The notes under the pieces were generated by a model that was given only the letters and a program-made list of their open reading frames with translations, ran no database searches and was not told the DNA's origin. Below, one piece after another: positions 1 through 9,592 of a stretch of 32,000 nucleotides of DNA (position 1 is the first letter of the stretch; each line of letters starts with the position of its first letter). This stretch comes from Prochlorococcus marinus subsp. pastoris str. CCMP1986 (GTDB lineage: Bacteria; Cyanobacteriota; Cyanobacteriia; PCC-6307; Cyanobiaceae). The translations under genes were made by a program, and so were the position numbers. The stretch spans positions 330,001-362,000 of the forward strand of contig NC_005072.1 of assembly GCF_000011465.1 (NCBI RefSeq), read 5' to 3'.

Positions 1-206
1 TCACCAGGGTGATCAACTTTTCTGACGGTAACTTTATCCACTTTTTGGCCATTAAATCTTAAAAGGTCATCACCGGAGAAACTATATCCAAGTCTTTGAG
101 CAATAAGTGCTACATCATCTGCAGTTGCAGAAGAAGTAACCTCTTTTCTTAAATTATCCTCTGACTGCATTTGTTTTAAAAATTTTCTAATTTCAGAGAA
201 ACTCAT
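1..206 (-). CDS. Nif11-like domain protein, N-terminal part only (gene runs off the window edge)
   Basis: ATG at 204-206 (reverse complement). Hand translation: MSFSEIRKFLKQMQSEDNLRKEVTSSATADDVALIAQRLGYSFSGDDLLRF... This matches the remembered Nif11 N-terminal pattern (FL..+..D..L...+....ADDV..IA...G+.F...DL). It is missing from the ORF track because there is no stop in the window. Confidence 0.55.
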   Translation of the reverse strand, partial: MSFSEIRKFLKQMQSEDNLRKEVTSSATADDVALIAQRLGYSFSGDDLLRFNGQKVDKVTVRKVDHPG

Positions 207-262
207 TTTAACTTTTATGCATAATTTTATATTAAAGCCTTAGAAAAAAATTAAATTCTTTT

Positions 263-625
263 TTGCAAAGACCAATAAAACTAAATAAACACTATATTAA
301 ATGTATGACTTACTTATTTTTATATGTAGTTGGGATGGTCTTGATATGGTGGATATATCGTGTCGGTTGGGTTGAGGCTTTGAAAACAGTAATTAAAGTT
401 TTAGTTCCTTCAATTCTTATAATTTTATTTAATATCAAAGCAGGAAGATTACTTTTCAAAAATCCTTTAGTTGGATTATTCAGTGCTTTACCAACTTCAA
501 TTTTTATTTATAGGGGTTCCCTTCCAGTCGTGGCATCTATTAATAACTGGATTGATACTAAAAGAAGCAAATATGAAGAATCCAAAGACGTAATTGATAC
601 CGATTCAATTCCTCTAGATGATTAA
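263..625 (+). CDS. small integral membrane protein (hypothetical)
   Basis: 120-aa ORF with 2-3 hydrophobic helices. The track start is TTG; an in-frame ATG at 305 is a likelier start. Confidence 0.5.
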   Translation: MQRPIKLNKHYIKCMTYLFLYVVGMVLIWWIYRVGWVEALKTVIKVLVPSILIILFNIKAGRLLFKNPLVGLFSALPTSIFIYRGSLPVVASINNWIDTKRSKYEESKDVIDTDSIPLDD

Positions 626-634
626 TATTTTAAG

Positions 635-1042
635 CTAGTCAAATCCCAGAAATAATTCTTTGTGTACTACAAGAACATCAAATAAAGATGTTCCATGGGA
701 AGGACTTATTGGAATATTATCTACATTTAATGCCTCTGCACAAATTAGATGGCCATCCCATCTTGTATTATGTTCACTCATTCGGATTGACCAATCAATT
801 ACTTTTTTAAAGTGCTCAGGCATCTCAGATCCAATTTTCCTGCATATTTGGCAAAGATTTGTAAGAAGGGGCGGTTTGGATGGCCTTTTTAAATCTTTAA
901 CAAGACTTGGTTGTGTAAATACACTGGTGTATCTGATGTAGTCAATTAATTCATAATCTTCATCTGAAAGTTCTGCTTTATTCAATGCTATTTCAAATTC
1001 TTCTACAGGGGTAATTGGCCTTTTAATTATCTCATTTTTCAT
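635..1042 (-). CDS. hypothetical protein (135 aa form)
   Basis: The track ORF 635..1153 overlaps the tatA 3' end by about 120 nt. The internal ATG at 1040-1042 (MKNEIIKRPITPVEE...) leaves only an 11-nt overlap with the tatA stop, which is consistent with an operon. Confidence 0.55.
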   Translation of the reverse strand: MKNEIIKRPITPVEEFEIALNKAELSDEDYELIDYIRYTSVFTQPSLVKDLKRPSKPPLLTNLCQICRKIGSEMPEHFKKVIDWSIRMSEHNTRWDGHLICAEALNVDNIPISPSHGTSLFDVLVVHKELFLGFD

Positions 1043-1322
1043 TATTATCTGATTCTGATAAATCCTTTTCCTCTGATTCTTTAGTAACTTGATCGAGATC
1101 ATTGGTAAATTTTTTCTGAGGAGATTTTGGTAAATTTTCGCTCTCTGGCTCATTAATTACTTGATCTATCTCGTTTTGAAATTCATTCGATGCTTTTTTT
1201 AAGCTTTTTAATGTTTTGCCAAGTTGTTTTCCTAATTCTGGTAATTTCTTGGGACCAAAAATTAATAGAGCTAGAATTAAAATTACTGTTACTTCTGGTA
1301 AACCTACCCCAAAGATATTCAT
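1032..1322 (-). CDS. tatA: twin-arginine translocase subunit TatA/E
   Basis: N-terminus MNIFGVGLPEVTVILILALLIFGPKKLPELGKQLGKTLKSLKKAS is the canonical TatA TM helix, FGPKKLP hinge and amphipathic helix. Confidence 0.85.
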   Translation of the reverse strand: MNIFGVGLPEVTVILILALLIFGPKKLPELGKQLGKTLKSLKKASNEFQNEIDQVINEPESENLPKSPQKKFTNDLDQVTKESEEKDLSESDNNEK

Positions 1323-1770
1323 GATAAAAGTCTATCTAATTCATTATTAAAATCTATTATTAATATAATCTAATGATTTGAAAATATCATTTTATAAACT
1401 CGCTTTGTTACTCTTCAAAGAAGTTTATAAAAAATAATTGTAATTATTACTCCCTTAAAAAAAACTAACCAAAGTAGTTGGTAATCACTTAATTTTAATT
1501 TTTCTTGGTACCACTTAATGAGTATTTTGTGTCCTTTAATTATTCTTTTTATTAATTTCAAAATCTATTTTTTAGATAAGACTAACTTTATATCAAAACT
1601 GTATAGGATGGAAATGATAAATTAATAAATTTTGGTTATCAGTAAGTACAAATTTTTTAAATAAGTAATCACATTAAATCCAAATTATTTTTGGCTTTCT
1701 TATTCTTTTAAAAATTAGCTTTGCATAAATCAAACTAAATTACAAAAATGTAATTAACTTTTTTTTTATA

Positions 1771-2010
1771 ATGAAAATCTTATTATCAGTTTTTTTCTTA
1801 TTTGCCTTTATACCTCCATCAAAGGGAGTTACTACAAAAATGTTTAAAGTATTGGATACTTGTGCTAGATACCGTCTTGGAGAGATTGACGCTAAACAAG
1901 CTATAGAAAAACTAAAATTAAAATCTGTGAATTCTTCCGAAATTGACTTAAAAAATATTGTAAGTAATTACTGTTCTGTATTTACCCCAAATGAAAATAT
2001 AAAATTCTAA
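1771..2010 (+). CDS. small secreted protein (hypothetical)
   Basis: 79-aa ORF with the signal-peptide-like N-terminus MKILLSVFFLFAFIPPSKG. Confidence 0.45.
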   Translation: MKILLSVFFLFAFIPPSKGVTTKMFKVLDTCARYRLGEIDAKQAIEKLKLKSVNSSEIDLKNIVSNYCSVFTPNENIKF

Positions 2011-2028
2011 AAATTATTTTTAGAGATC

Positions 2029-2166
2029 TTAAATTTTTTTATTCCAATTATAATTTTTTAATTTTTCTTTTATTTCATTTACTCTCTTATTGTTAGTAAT
2101 TTTTAAATTAAAAAGTATTCCCAAAAAAAGAATGAGAAATAAAAAACTATATATGGCAAATTCCAT
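2029..2166 (-). CDS. mini-ORF, single-TM peptide (45 aa)
   Basis: Hand translation: MEFAIYSFLFLILFLGILFNLKITNNKRVNEIKEKLKNYNWNKKI. An in-frame upstream ATG at 2190 is possible. Below the track size cut-off. Confidence 0.3.
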   Translation of the reverse strand: MEFAIYSFLFLILFLGILFNLKITNNKRVNEIKEKLKNYNWNKKI

Positions 2167-2316
2167 AAGAATAGATATATTAAACAACATTAGTAAATTA
2201 GAGGAATCTTTTAGTATCTTTTAGAACAATGTTTGAAAAATTTATCCAAAACTTTGTTGTTTTTGGTCACAGAAAAATAATTATTGCTTCTAAGATAGAG
2301 TTTTATATAAACTATT

Positions 2317-2766
2317 TTGCAGATAGGAGATAAAGTACCACAATTTTCTTTACTAGATCAGAATGGCACTAAAAGGTCAAATAATGGATTAAAAACTCCT
2401 TTAGTTTTGTTTTTCTATCCAAAGGACGACACCCCGGGATGCACTATAGAGGTTTGCGGATTTAGAGACAAGTATGACCTTTTTAAAGTCCTTGGTGCTC
2501 AAGTTTGGGGGGTAAGTAATGGTAGTTCTTCAAGCCACTTGGCATTTGCCAACAAAAATAAATTACAATATCCTTTGCTATGTGATAAAAATGATTCACT
2601 AAGAAAGGCTTTCAAAGTACCAAAAGTACTCGGCTTATTAGATGGAAGAGTTACCTATGTTATTGATAGAAATGGGTTTGTTAAACATATCTTTAGAGAT
2701 TTGTTGAATGGCCCAGAACATATAAAAGAGGCAATAAGAGTGTTAAAGGAAATTCAAAATCAGTAA
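2317..2766 (+). CDS. bcp: peroxiredoxin, BCP/PrxQ type
   Basis: FFYPKDDTPGCTIEVCGF contains the Prx active-site PxxxTxxC motif and the CxxxxC arrangement typical of BCP. TTG start. Confidence 0.85.
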   Translation: MQIGDKVPQFSLLDQNGTKRSNNGLKTPLVLFFYPKDDTPGCTIEVCGFRDKYDLFKVLGAQVWGVSNGSSSSHLAFANKNKLQYPLLCDKNDSLRKAFKVPKVLGLLDGRVTYVIDRNGFVKHIFRDLLNGPEHIKEAIRVLKEIQNQ

Positions 2767-2810
2767 ATTAATTATTCAAACCCTTAGAAATTAATATCTT
2801 TTCTTATAGG

Positions 2811-3110
2811 ATGTTTTCTATTAATAAATCAAACTTTATGAAAAAAATAGGGATGCAAGCAGTTGATGAAGCAATTGAAAATGGTATTGACCTAGATGGT
2901 ACTCCAATCCCCTCAAAAATGCTTGAGCTTTACAACAGGATTATGAGCGAAGAAAACAAAAGAGAAAGAAGCGGAGTCAAAAAGTCAATGAGAAATAGAT
3001 GTGTTAAAACAGGCTCTAAGCATTTTGATAAAGAAACTTTAGATCAATTATTAATTGATTCTGGTTGGGAAGGCCTCAAAGAAAAAGAAATTTTATTCTT
3101 CTACAGTTAG
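2811..3110 (+). CDS. hypothetical protein
   Basis: 99-aa ORF with coding-like composition. An alternative start at the MKKIGMQ methionine is possible. Confidence 0.5.
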   Translation: MFSINKSNFMKKIGMQAVDEAIENGIDLDGTPIPSKMLELYNRIMSEENKRERSGVKKSMRNRCVKTGSKHFDKETLDQLLIDSGWEGLKEKEILFFYS

Positions 3111-3116
3111 TAGAAT

Positions 3117-3461
3117 CTACCTAAACCATCCTTTTTTAATCGGAGTCTTTTCTTCTTCTTTTTTAATAGAAGTTATTTTTACAGCTTTTTTAAAAGCCAA
3201 GTTAGCTTCTACTACTGTTATTGTTGATATAAGAAATAAGCCTGATATCCCTATTAATTGTTCTGTTTGACTTGGTTCTTTATCACCTTGCAAAATTATT
3301 CCTATAACAAACCATGCAGTTACTACTCCAGTAGTAATGAAATATGGTAACCATCTTCTCTGATATAGATAACCAGTTCCAACTCCTGGTAAGAAATTTA
3401 GTAGGGATGCGACCCATCCGCTTGAAGAAGCTAATACTTGTTCTTTTGATAATTTATCCAT
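3117..3461 (-). CDS. membrane protein (hypothetical)
   Basis: 114-aa ORF with three hydrophobic segments. The overlapping + strand ORF 3055..3270 is its shadow. Confidence 0.55.
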   Translation of the reverse strand: MDKLSKEQVLASSSGWVASLLNFLPGVGTGYLYQRRWLPYFITTGVVTAWFVIGIILQGDKEPSQTEQLIGISGLFLISTITVVEANLAFKKAVKITSIKKEEEKTPIKKGWFR

Positions 3462-3631
3462 TTAACTAAGTGTTAATTAAATGAGAATTTATGTAAGCAA
3501 AAGATATGACTGCACAAATTACCCAACTAAAAGGCAAAAACATTCTAATTTTTTCTTGCTTATCTTTCATAACTTTATTATGGAAAAGATTTTATGAATT
3601 CGTGGTTAAAAAAATTTATAAATTAATTATG

Positions 3632-3662
3632 AAAAAAGACGGTTAAAAGTAACCGTCTTTTT
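3632..3662 (-). terminator. Rho-independent terminator (bidirectional shape)
   Basis: Stem AGACGGTT (3637-3644) pairs with AACCGTCT (3651-3658). It is flanked by an A-run and a T-run and lies just 3' of the 3688..3927 minus-strand gene. Confidence 0.6.
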
Positions 3663-3687
3663 AGTAATAATTTTTTTGAAAAAAAAA

Positions 3688-3927
3688 CTATGCTTTTCCT
3701 TTAGTTCCGGAAAGTAATTTAAGCTCATTCTTTACTTCTTTTTCCCTTTCTTCAAGATGTTTTAATTGTGATTTAAAAGCATCTTCAAGTCTTTTTCTTT
3801 GGGTTGTGATTTCATCAAGTTCTTCTTGATGATGGTTTTTCTTGAGTTCTTTCATCTCGGTATCAGAAATAACATATACTGGACGATATGAAGGAGTTTC
3901 AAAAAGAAGATCAAACATTGAATACAT
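3688..3927 (-). CDS. small coiled-coil protein (hypothetical)
   Basis: 79-aa ORF, charged heptad-like C-terminal half (KRLEDAFKSQLKHLEEREKEVKNELK), followed by a terminator. Confidence 0.5.
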   Translation of the reverse strand: MYSMFDLLFETPSYRPVYVISDTEMKELKKNHHQEELDEITTQRKRLEDAFKSQLKHLEEREKEVKNELKLLSGTKGKA

Positions 3928-4131
3928 AGTGACCTTTGAATTAAGTACAAATCAAATATCTTACAAATATTTGAATCTTGTAAGGATACAAACCGAAAGA
4001 AATTATACGGCAAATACACCGAATTTCGGTTTACCTAACTAAACCGGCCAGTATTTACCGATCTATTTTTTATTGGTAATGTAATGTACAAGTATATTCG
4101 GATATGAGCTGAGGATGTTTTAGAAATAAAA

Positions 4132-4548
4132 ATGGATTTAATTATTACTTCCAGATTAGTAATTCCTTCAAAAGAATTAAAATGGCGTTTTTCTAGATCA
4201 TCTGGCCCGGGAGGTCAAAAAGTAAATAAAACTAATACTAGAGTAGAAATTATTTTTAATATCGAAGAATCAAAAGTCTTAAATGATTATCAAAAGAAAG
4301 TTTTAACGAAAAAATTGAAAACCAAATTAGTCAATAACTGTATATGTCTAGCCGTCCAGGAAGAAAGGAATCAATTACTTAATAGACAAATAGCTATAAA
4401 AAGAATTAGCTCAGTAATTAGAAATTCCTTAAAAAATTCATCCAAAATTAGAAAAGCTACAAAACCATCTAAAGCTTCTCAAAATAGAAGGCTTGACTCC
4501 AAAAAAAAACGGGGAGAACTAAAAAAGAATCGACAAATAAAATATTAA
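4132..4548 (+). CDS. arfB: ArfB-like peptidyl-tRNA hydrolase / class I release-factor-domain protein
   Basis: SSGPGGQKVNKTNT carries the GGQ motif in RF-1 domain context, followed by a basic C-terminal tail (KKKRGELKKNRQIKY), as in ArfB/YaeJ. Confidence 0.75.
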   Translation: MDLIITSRLVIPSKELKWRFSRSSGPGGQKVNKTNTRVEIIFNIEESKVLNDYQKKVLTKKLKTKLVNNCICLAVQEERNQLLNRQIAIKRISSVIRNSLKNSSKIRKATKPSKASQNRRLDSKKKRGELKKNRQIKY

Positions 4549-4654
4549 TTATTTAAATTAATTTTGATGAAAATATTTTCTAACTTTCAATGTCTAAATT
4601 GGATTATTTTATGGATATCTTTGATTTGACTTCTTTTAATTAAATTCCAAATAA

Positions 4655-4903
4655 ATGAAAAAAGAATATGATTTTTGGTTAATTGATTCTAACTCAGTTG
4701 GAGTAATTCGTTTTTATAAAAAAAACGAAAATAAAGAGGATTTGATCGAATTTATGTTTATTGAAGAGGGCCTCGTCATGGGTATTCATGGAGAAAATCC
4801 ACCTTTAATGAAAACAAGAAAAGAAATGAAGATCCAAGATGCAAGATTATTTTGGAAAAAATTAATAAATGAAGGATGGGAAAAAACCAATCCTAAATGG
4901 TAA
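4655..4903 (+). CDS. hypothetical protein
   Basis: 82-aa ORF with an ATG start. No recognisable motif. Confidence 0.45.
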   Translation: MKKEYDFWLIDSNSVGVIRFYKKNENKEDLIEFMFIEEGLVMGIHGENPPLMKTRKEMKIQDARLFWKKLINEGWEKTNPKW

Positions 4904-5405
4904 ATAAATTTTCCTTTTAAAATAATTTCAAATTTAGAAAAATAAATTTATTTCTCAAAAACGAATTTTTTTAACTTTAAAATGTTTTCCAATATAAGTC
5001 ACTAAATTTTAAAAAACTAAATTATGAATATATTTTATTTATAAATTTATACGCTTATAAAAGTTCCTTTAGGATATAACTCTGTAATTCTATTCTTTTG
5101 TATAATTTGTCTTTTCTTAAGGTCTTTTTCATATCTATTTAACATCATCAAATAATTAGTAGATCCAAACAAAAACAAAAAAATAATGAATTGAAATCCT
5201 GCCTCTAAGTTCATAATTTTAAATTTAAACTTTATATAAATTTGACAACTTTTTTATAAAAAGCCATCAGTATTTATATCTATTTAAAGGAAATATTAAT
5301 ATCTTTATAAAATTAAAGAATTTTTTTAATGGGATATATAAGTTAATTTATTAATTTTCAATAGCAATTTGTTTGGACAATGCTTAGCATTAAAAAAAAA
5401 CAAAT

Positions 5406-5666
5406 TTGTATAATAATTTATCAGAACAGGCTTTTAATCAACTCCTTTTGCAAATTGCGGGTAAAAAATTAATAGATAGTCTTAATATGATTGATTCAGA
5501 TTCAAAATCAAAAATTGAAAAATGCATAGCTATCACTAATGAAGAATATTCTTATGCATTATCATTGCAGGCTGATTGCGTTCCAGATTCCAAAAGGATG
5601 ATAATTCAAGCTCAAAAAAGATTAGAGGGTCTTGAAGCCTTACTTACTCTTGCGAAATTGATATAA
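5406..5666 (+). CDS. hypothetical protein
   Basis: 86-aa ORF with a TTG start. Helical-looking sequence. Confidence 0.35.
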   Translation: MYNNLSEQAFNQLLLQIAGKKLIDSLNMIDSDSKSKIEKCIAITNEEYSYALSLQADCVPDSKRMIIQAQKRLEGLEALLTLAKLI

Positions 5667-5686
5667 AATTTAGCTTTTAATTTGAA

Positions 5687-6592
5687 TTATTTGTCATTAT
5701 TCAAATTAATAATCTTGTTTTTGTACTTAAATAAATTATAAAAAAACATCATTATTAATAATGTTATTCCATAAAATCCGCCTAGAGGATTCGTATTTAT
5801 ATTCCCTGGGCCTACTAACCAAATTGGAGCATCTTTTGATATTTCTATTAAACCATTATTCATTAGAAACCATATACCTACGAGCCCTCCATGAAGGCCA
5901 GCGCAACCCCATAAAGAATTCTCATCCTTTATTCTTATAATTGATAACACAATACCAAGTAGAAATAGTCCGAAAAGAATGCTAATCATTTGCCAAAAAG
6001 GCATATCAAATCCAATATGTACAAAACTAAAAACTAATGCTTGAAAAATTAGGCCTTTTTTAAAACCAACTTGATTTTTTAATTCTTCTAAAAGCCAACC
6101 TCTAAAAATGAGCTCTTCTACAAAACCTATTCCAATTATTAAAAGTAGAGAATTTAAAAATATATTAGGAGATACTGTCCCTAACCAATTACCCCATTGA
6201 TTTCTAACAATTGGAATTAAGATTAGTGATAACAAAATAATTGAATACAATAAACCCTTTATAAAATAAAAAAATCTATTTTCTTTCTTATCAATTTTGT
6301 TTATACCTAATTTTACCCATGGATTATTACATCCCCAGCGAATTTCAAACCATTTAGGTATTGAAATAACAAATAATGAGAATGTAAAGATGGTGCCAAT
6401 TAAAGATATATTTTCTTTCCCTATCCCAATAAAAATTAATGGCTTTGCCAGAATCCAACCCAATAGATAAAGAAGAGGTATAAATAAAATTGTTAATATT
6501 ATTCTTGGTCTAAAAATTAAGAAATTTTTAATTATTATTTTTATTGTTTTGAAGATATAGGACATCTTAAGAATGATAATTTTATAAATCAA
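5687..6592 (-). CDS. CPBP family intramembrane metalloprotease (CAAX protease/Abi-like)
   Basis: Polytopic membrane protein with FVEELIFRGW (the EExxxR motif) and FSFVH (FxxxH), typical of the CPBP family. The start may be the MSYIFK methionine at 6565. Confidence 0.75.
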   Translation of the reverse strand: MIYKIIILKMSYIFKTIKIIIKNFLIFRPRIILTILFIPLLYLLGWILAKPLIFIGIGKENISLIGTIFTFSLFVISIPKWFEIRWGCNNPWVKLGINKIDKKENRFFYFIKGLLYSIILLSLILIPIVRNQWGNWLGTVSPNIFLNSLLLIIGIGFVEELIFRGWLLEELKNQVGFKKGLIFQALVFSFVHIGFDMPFWQMISILFGLFLLGIVLSIIRIKDENSLWGCAGLHGGLVGIWFLMNNGLIEISKDAPIWLVGPGNINTNPLGGFYGITLLIMMFFYNLFKYKNKIINLNNDK

Positions 6593-6638
6593 TAAAAAAG
6601 AATAAAATAAAACTAGTTTTCAGTTTATTTGTAATGAT

Positions 6639-7472
6639 TTAATTTACTATAGTTTCATTTGGAAGAATTATTCGTTTTTCTTTTATTGAGAAATTTTTTG
6701 GAACTATAAATTCTTTTTTTGAAGTTGATAGAAAAGACGCCCACCATGAAAAAGTACTGTTACTTAGGATTGCTAATTTTGAAGATCTGATGAGATTAAA
6801 ATCATTTTTAATGGAATAAGAATCTAACAGTTGTATTTTTAAACCAACAAAACATTTTTTGATTTCTTTTAAAATTGCTTTTCCATATATTTGATCTTCA
6901 GAAATTAATTTGAAAGAATAATATCCCTTTGATATGGCGTAACTTATTGATTTTTTATAGTACTCAAAATTACAAATATTCAAGTTTGGTATTTTGAGGA
7001 AGTCACCACCCCTTAAATGAATGACTACATCGTTTTTGCAAACTTGAAGACATTCTTTATTAAGTTCTATTGGCTTTAACTTTAACGGCATAAATGCATC
7101 TTTTAAACTATTGTATGTCCAGTTTTGGTTGAAATATCCATCTAAAAATAATATTTTTTTTATAGAAGAACGATTATTTCTTAAACTGAAATTTCTATCA
7201 TTAATACTTATAAATGGTATATAGCTCCCCAATCTTATGGAGGCGGATGTTTTAGCAATAATTTGCGTTGTTAAATTTAAATTATGTGAATTATCAAAAC
7301 ATAGCCAATTAGGTCTTACAAAAATATAATCTAAACAATTAATTCTTTTAGGAACATGAATATCTCCTAAGAAAGAAATAATTACTTTTTCTCTTCGATT
7401 TCTATATTTCAAGCAAGCAGCTATCTGGAACAGTTGGTTGCCCAGTCCACCTACTATTCGTGAAAAAAGCAT
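6639..7472 (-). CDS. glycosyltransferase family 11 (alpha-1,2-fucosyltransferase-like)
   Basis: GGLGNQLFQIAA near the N-terminus, HLRGGDF, and SNSTFSWWASFL correspond to the three remembered GT11 motifs. Confidence 0.75.
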   Translation of the reverse strand: MLFSRIVGGLGNQLFQIAACLKYRNRREKVIISFLGDIHVPKRINCLDYIFVRPNWLCFDNSHNLNLTTQIIAKTSASIRLGSYIPFISINDRNFSLRNNRSSIKKILFLDGYFNQNWTYNSLKDAFMPLKLKPIELNKECLQVCKNDVVIHLRGGDFLKIPNLNICNFEYYKKSISYAISKGYYSFKLISEDQIYGKAILKEIKKCFVGLKIQLLDSYSIKNDFNLIRSSKLAILSNSTFSWWASFLSTSKKEFIVPKNFSIKEKRIILPNETIVN

Positions 7473-7577
7473 TTTTCGAGAAGAATAATGAATTTAACTT
7501 CTTAAAAAGAAAATATTATTTGAGATTTTTAATTACTAAATCTAATATAAAGTAATTAAAGAATATAATATCAGTAA

Positions 7578-8342
7578 TTGAAAAAAATAATAGATCAAAA
7601 AAGAACAACCCTTCTATTTAATATTGTTGTTCCTGTCTTTAATTCAGAGAAATATATAGAAAGATGCCTTAATTCAATAGTAAAACAATCATATAAAAAA
7701 TTTCAAGTACAAGTGGTTGATGATTGTTCTAGTGATTCTTCTTATGAGATTGCATACTCTATATGCGAACAGAATAAAAATTTCAAACTTTTTAGGAATA
7801 ATAGAAGAATTGGTGCATTAAACAATATATTCAACTTACTTCATACAAAGGTAAAAGAACCTTCAAAAACTATAGATGTGATAATTGATGGAGATGATTA
7901 TTTATATAGCAGTGATGTACTTAATGTTATTGAGGAAAAGTATTTTAAAACAAATTGCTTAATTACTTATGGTTCTCATGTATCATCCAAAGGTGTTCAA
8001 GGGAAAAAATATCCTAGATTCATTAGGGAATTTAATTTATTTAGAAAATACTTTTGGTACGCTTCCCATTTAAAAACATTTAGACATGATTTATGGTTAT
8101 CTATTAATCCTCAAGATTTTCTTAATAAGAATCGAGAATACTTTTCTGTGGCATCGGATTTAGCAATAATGTTCCCAATGCTAGAAATGGCGGGAAATAG
8201 ACAAGAGTTTATAAGTGAAATTCTCTATTGTTACAACGATAAAAATCCCATAAGCGATCATAAGATAAGAAGAAAAGAGCAAATATTATCAGCAAAAGAG
8301 ATAAGGCAAAAAAAAAGATATAATAGGAGAATTTTTAATTAG
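7578..8342 (+). CDS. glycosyltransferase family 2
   Basis: FNIVVPVFNSEKYIERCLNSIVKQSYKKFQVQVVDDCSSDSS and IIDGDD (DxD) are the GT2 N-terminal signature. Divergent from the GT11 gene. TTG start. Confidence 0.75.
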   Translation: MKKIIDQKRTTLLFNIVVPVFNSEKYIERCLNSIVKQSYKKFQVQVVDDCSSDSSYEIAYSICEQNKNFKLFRNNRRIGALNNIFNLLHTKVKEPSKTIDVIIDGDDYLYSSDVLNVIEEKYFKTNCLITYGSHVSSKGVQGKKYPRFIREFNLFRKYFWYASHLKTFRHDLWLSINPQDFLNKNREYFSVASDLAIMFPMLEMAGNRQEFISEILYCYNDKNPISDHKIRRKEQILSAKEIRQKKRYNRRIFN

Positions 8343-8403
8343 TTATTTATATTATTTTAACTTTTCCGAACTAGTACTTTATGAATAATTTGTTTTATAA
8401 AAT

Positions 8404-8556
8404 TTAACTTTTTGCTAACTCTATTACCTCCGATATTTTTTGCGTTAGATGAGATAAATCTCTATAAAATTTTCTGGTAATTTTATCTTCTTCTTCGCTA
8501 GGCCAAAGTAAATTGGAACCTTCTTCATATTCTTCATGGTATCTTTTTTTATTCAT
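8404..8556 (-). CDS. mini-ORF (50 aa, acidic)
   Basis: Hand translation: MNKKRYHEEYEEGSNLLWPSEEEDKITRKFYRDLSHLTQKISEVIELAKS. Below the track cut-off. Confidence 0.3.
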   Translation of the reverse strand: MNKKRYHEEYEEGSNLLWPSEEEDKITRKFYRDLSHLTQKISEVIELAKS

Positions 8557-9038
8557 TTTTTTTGCATATCTAAACAATGTAAATTCTACTTATTGCCAAT
8601 ACTTAAAAGTATTCTTTATTGAGTTTGTATATTTATTTAAATGTAAATGGAACTTAATTTCAAGACTTTAATGTTTACAGCATTATCTCCAATACTCATT
8701 GTTGCTGCAATTCTTGTGGTTTATTTATTTCATTAAGTTCAATTTTGTTATCTAGAAATTTCTAATTTAAATAATTTTCAAGGGTGAATAATCCCAGTTT
8801 TTTCTAAAAGAAAGGATAAAATTGCTATTACAGCCATAACTGTAAGGATCTTGTTCTTATTGATGAAATCCATGTTAGATATAGATAATTAGTAACTAGT
8901 GCTCTTTCTAAAGTTAAGCTTATTTGGTTTTATATTCAATTATTTAAAAAAACAAATTACATTAATGAAAATTTTCATAAATAATGATACTAAATTGTAA
9001 ATTACATTTAAATTTAGTTTAAAGATTATTTTAATTTT

Positions 9039-9380
9039 ATGGATAAAAAAGGAGCAAAAGGCTATTGGATATCAACAGCAAAAATAATTAATCAGGAATT
9101 ATTTGATGAGTATGTAAATAAAGTTGCTCCATGGCTAAAAGAAGTTGGTGGGGAAGTATTTGCAAAAGATATAGAACCATTAGGAAAGGAACGAACTGAG
9201 GATTCTAATTTAGCTGTTATTTGTGAATTTCCTTCCATGAGGGTAGCAGTTGAAGCTTTTGAATCTGAAGAATATAGAGAACTTTCAAAGTTGAGAAGAA
9301 AAGCAACTGAGAATTCTACCTTTACAATAATGGAAGGTTTAGATGAAGCTGCAAAATTAAGAAGAGCGATGGGGAAATAA
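9039..9380 (+). CDS. DUF1330-like protein
   Basis: GYWISTAKIINQELFDEYVNKVAPWLKEVGGEVFA...VICEFPSMRVAVEAFESEEY fits the remembered DUF1330 pattern (dimeric alpha/beta barrel). Confidence 0.7.
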   Translation: MDKKGAKGYWISTAKIINQELFDEYVNKVAPWLKEVGGEVFAKDIEPLGKERTEDSNLAVICEFPSMRVAVEAFESEEYRELSKLRRKATENSTFTIMEGLDEAAKLRRAMGK

Positions 9381-9592
9381 TTTGTTATTCATAATTTCTG
9401 TGATTTCTATATATAGTGATTAATAAGAGAATATTTACAAGAAATTAATGGAACAAAGCTATGTTGGAGATTTAATACCCTCTATAAACTCCTATAAGGA
9501 AATTATTGATCAATACGAAAGAGGTTTAAAAAAAAGGAGAATTTTATGAGGAGCAAATTGGAGAAGATTTAATTTATCCAGATTGGTAAAAA

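Noticed and set aside
660-941. 93-aa + strand ORF from the track
   Set aside because: It lies entirely antisense to the better-supported minus-strand gene 635..1042 and has no motif. It is a typical shadow ORF. The same reasoning applies to 3055..3270, 3842..4042, 18307..18519, 27944..28198, 28271..28465 and 31272..31511.
635-1153. Long (172 aa) form of the gene downstream of tatA
   Set aside because: The first 37 codons overlap the tatA coding region in another frame and translate to low-complexity basic sequence. The internal ATG at 1042 gives a compact operon junction.
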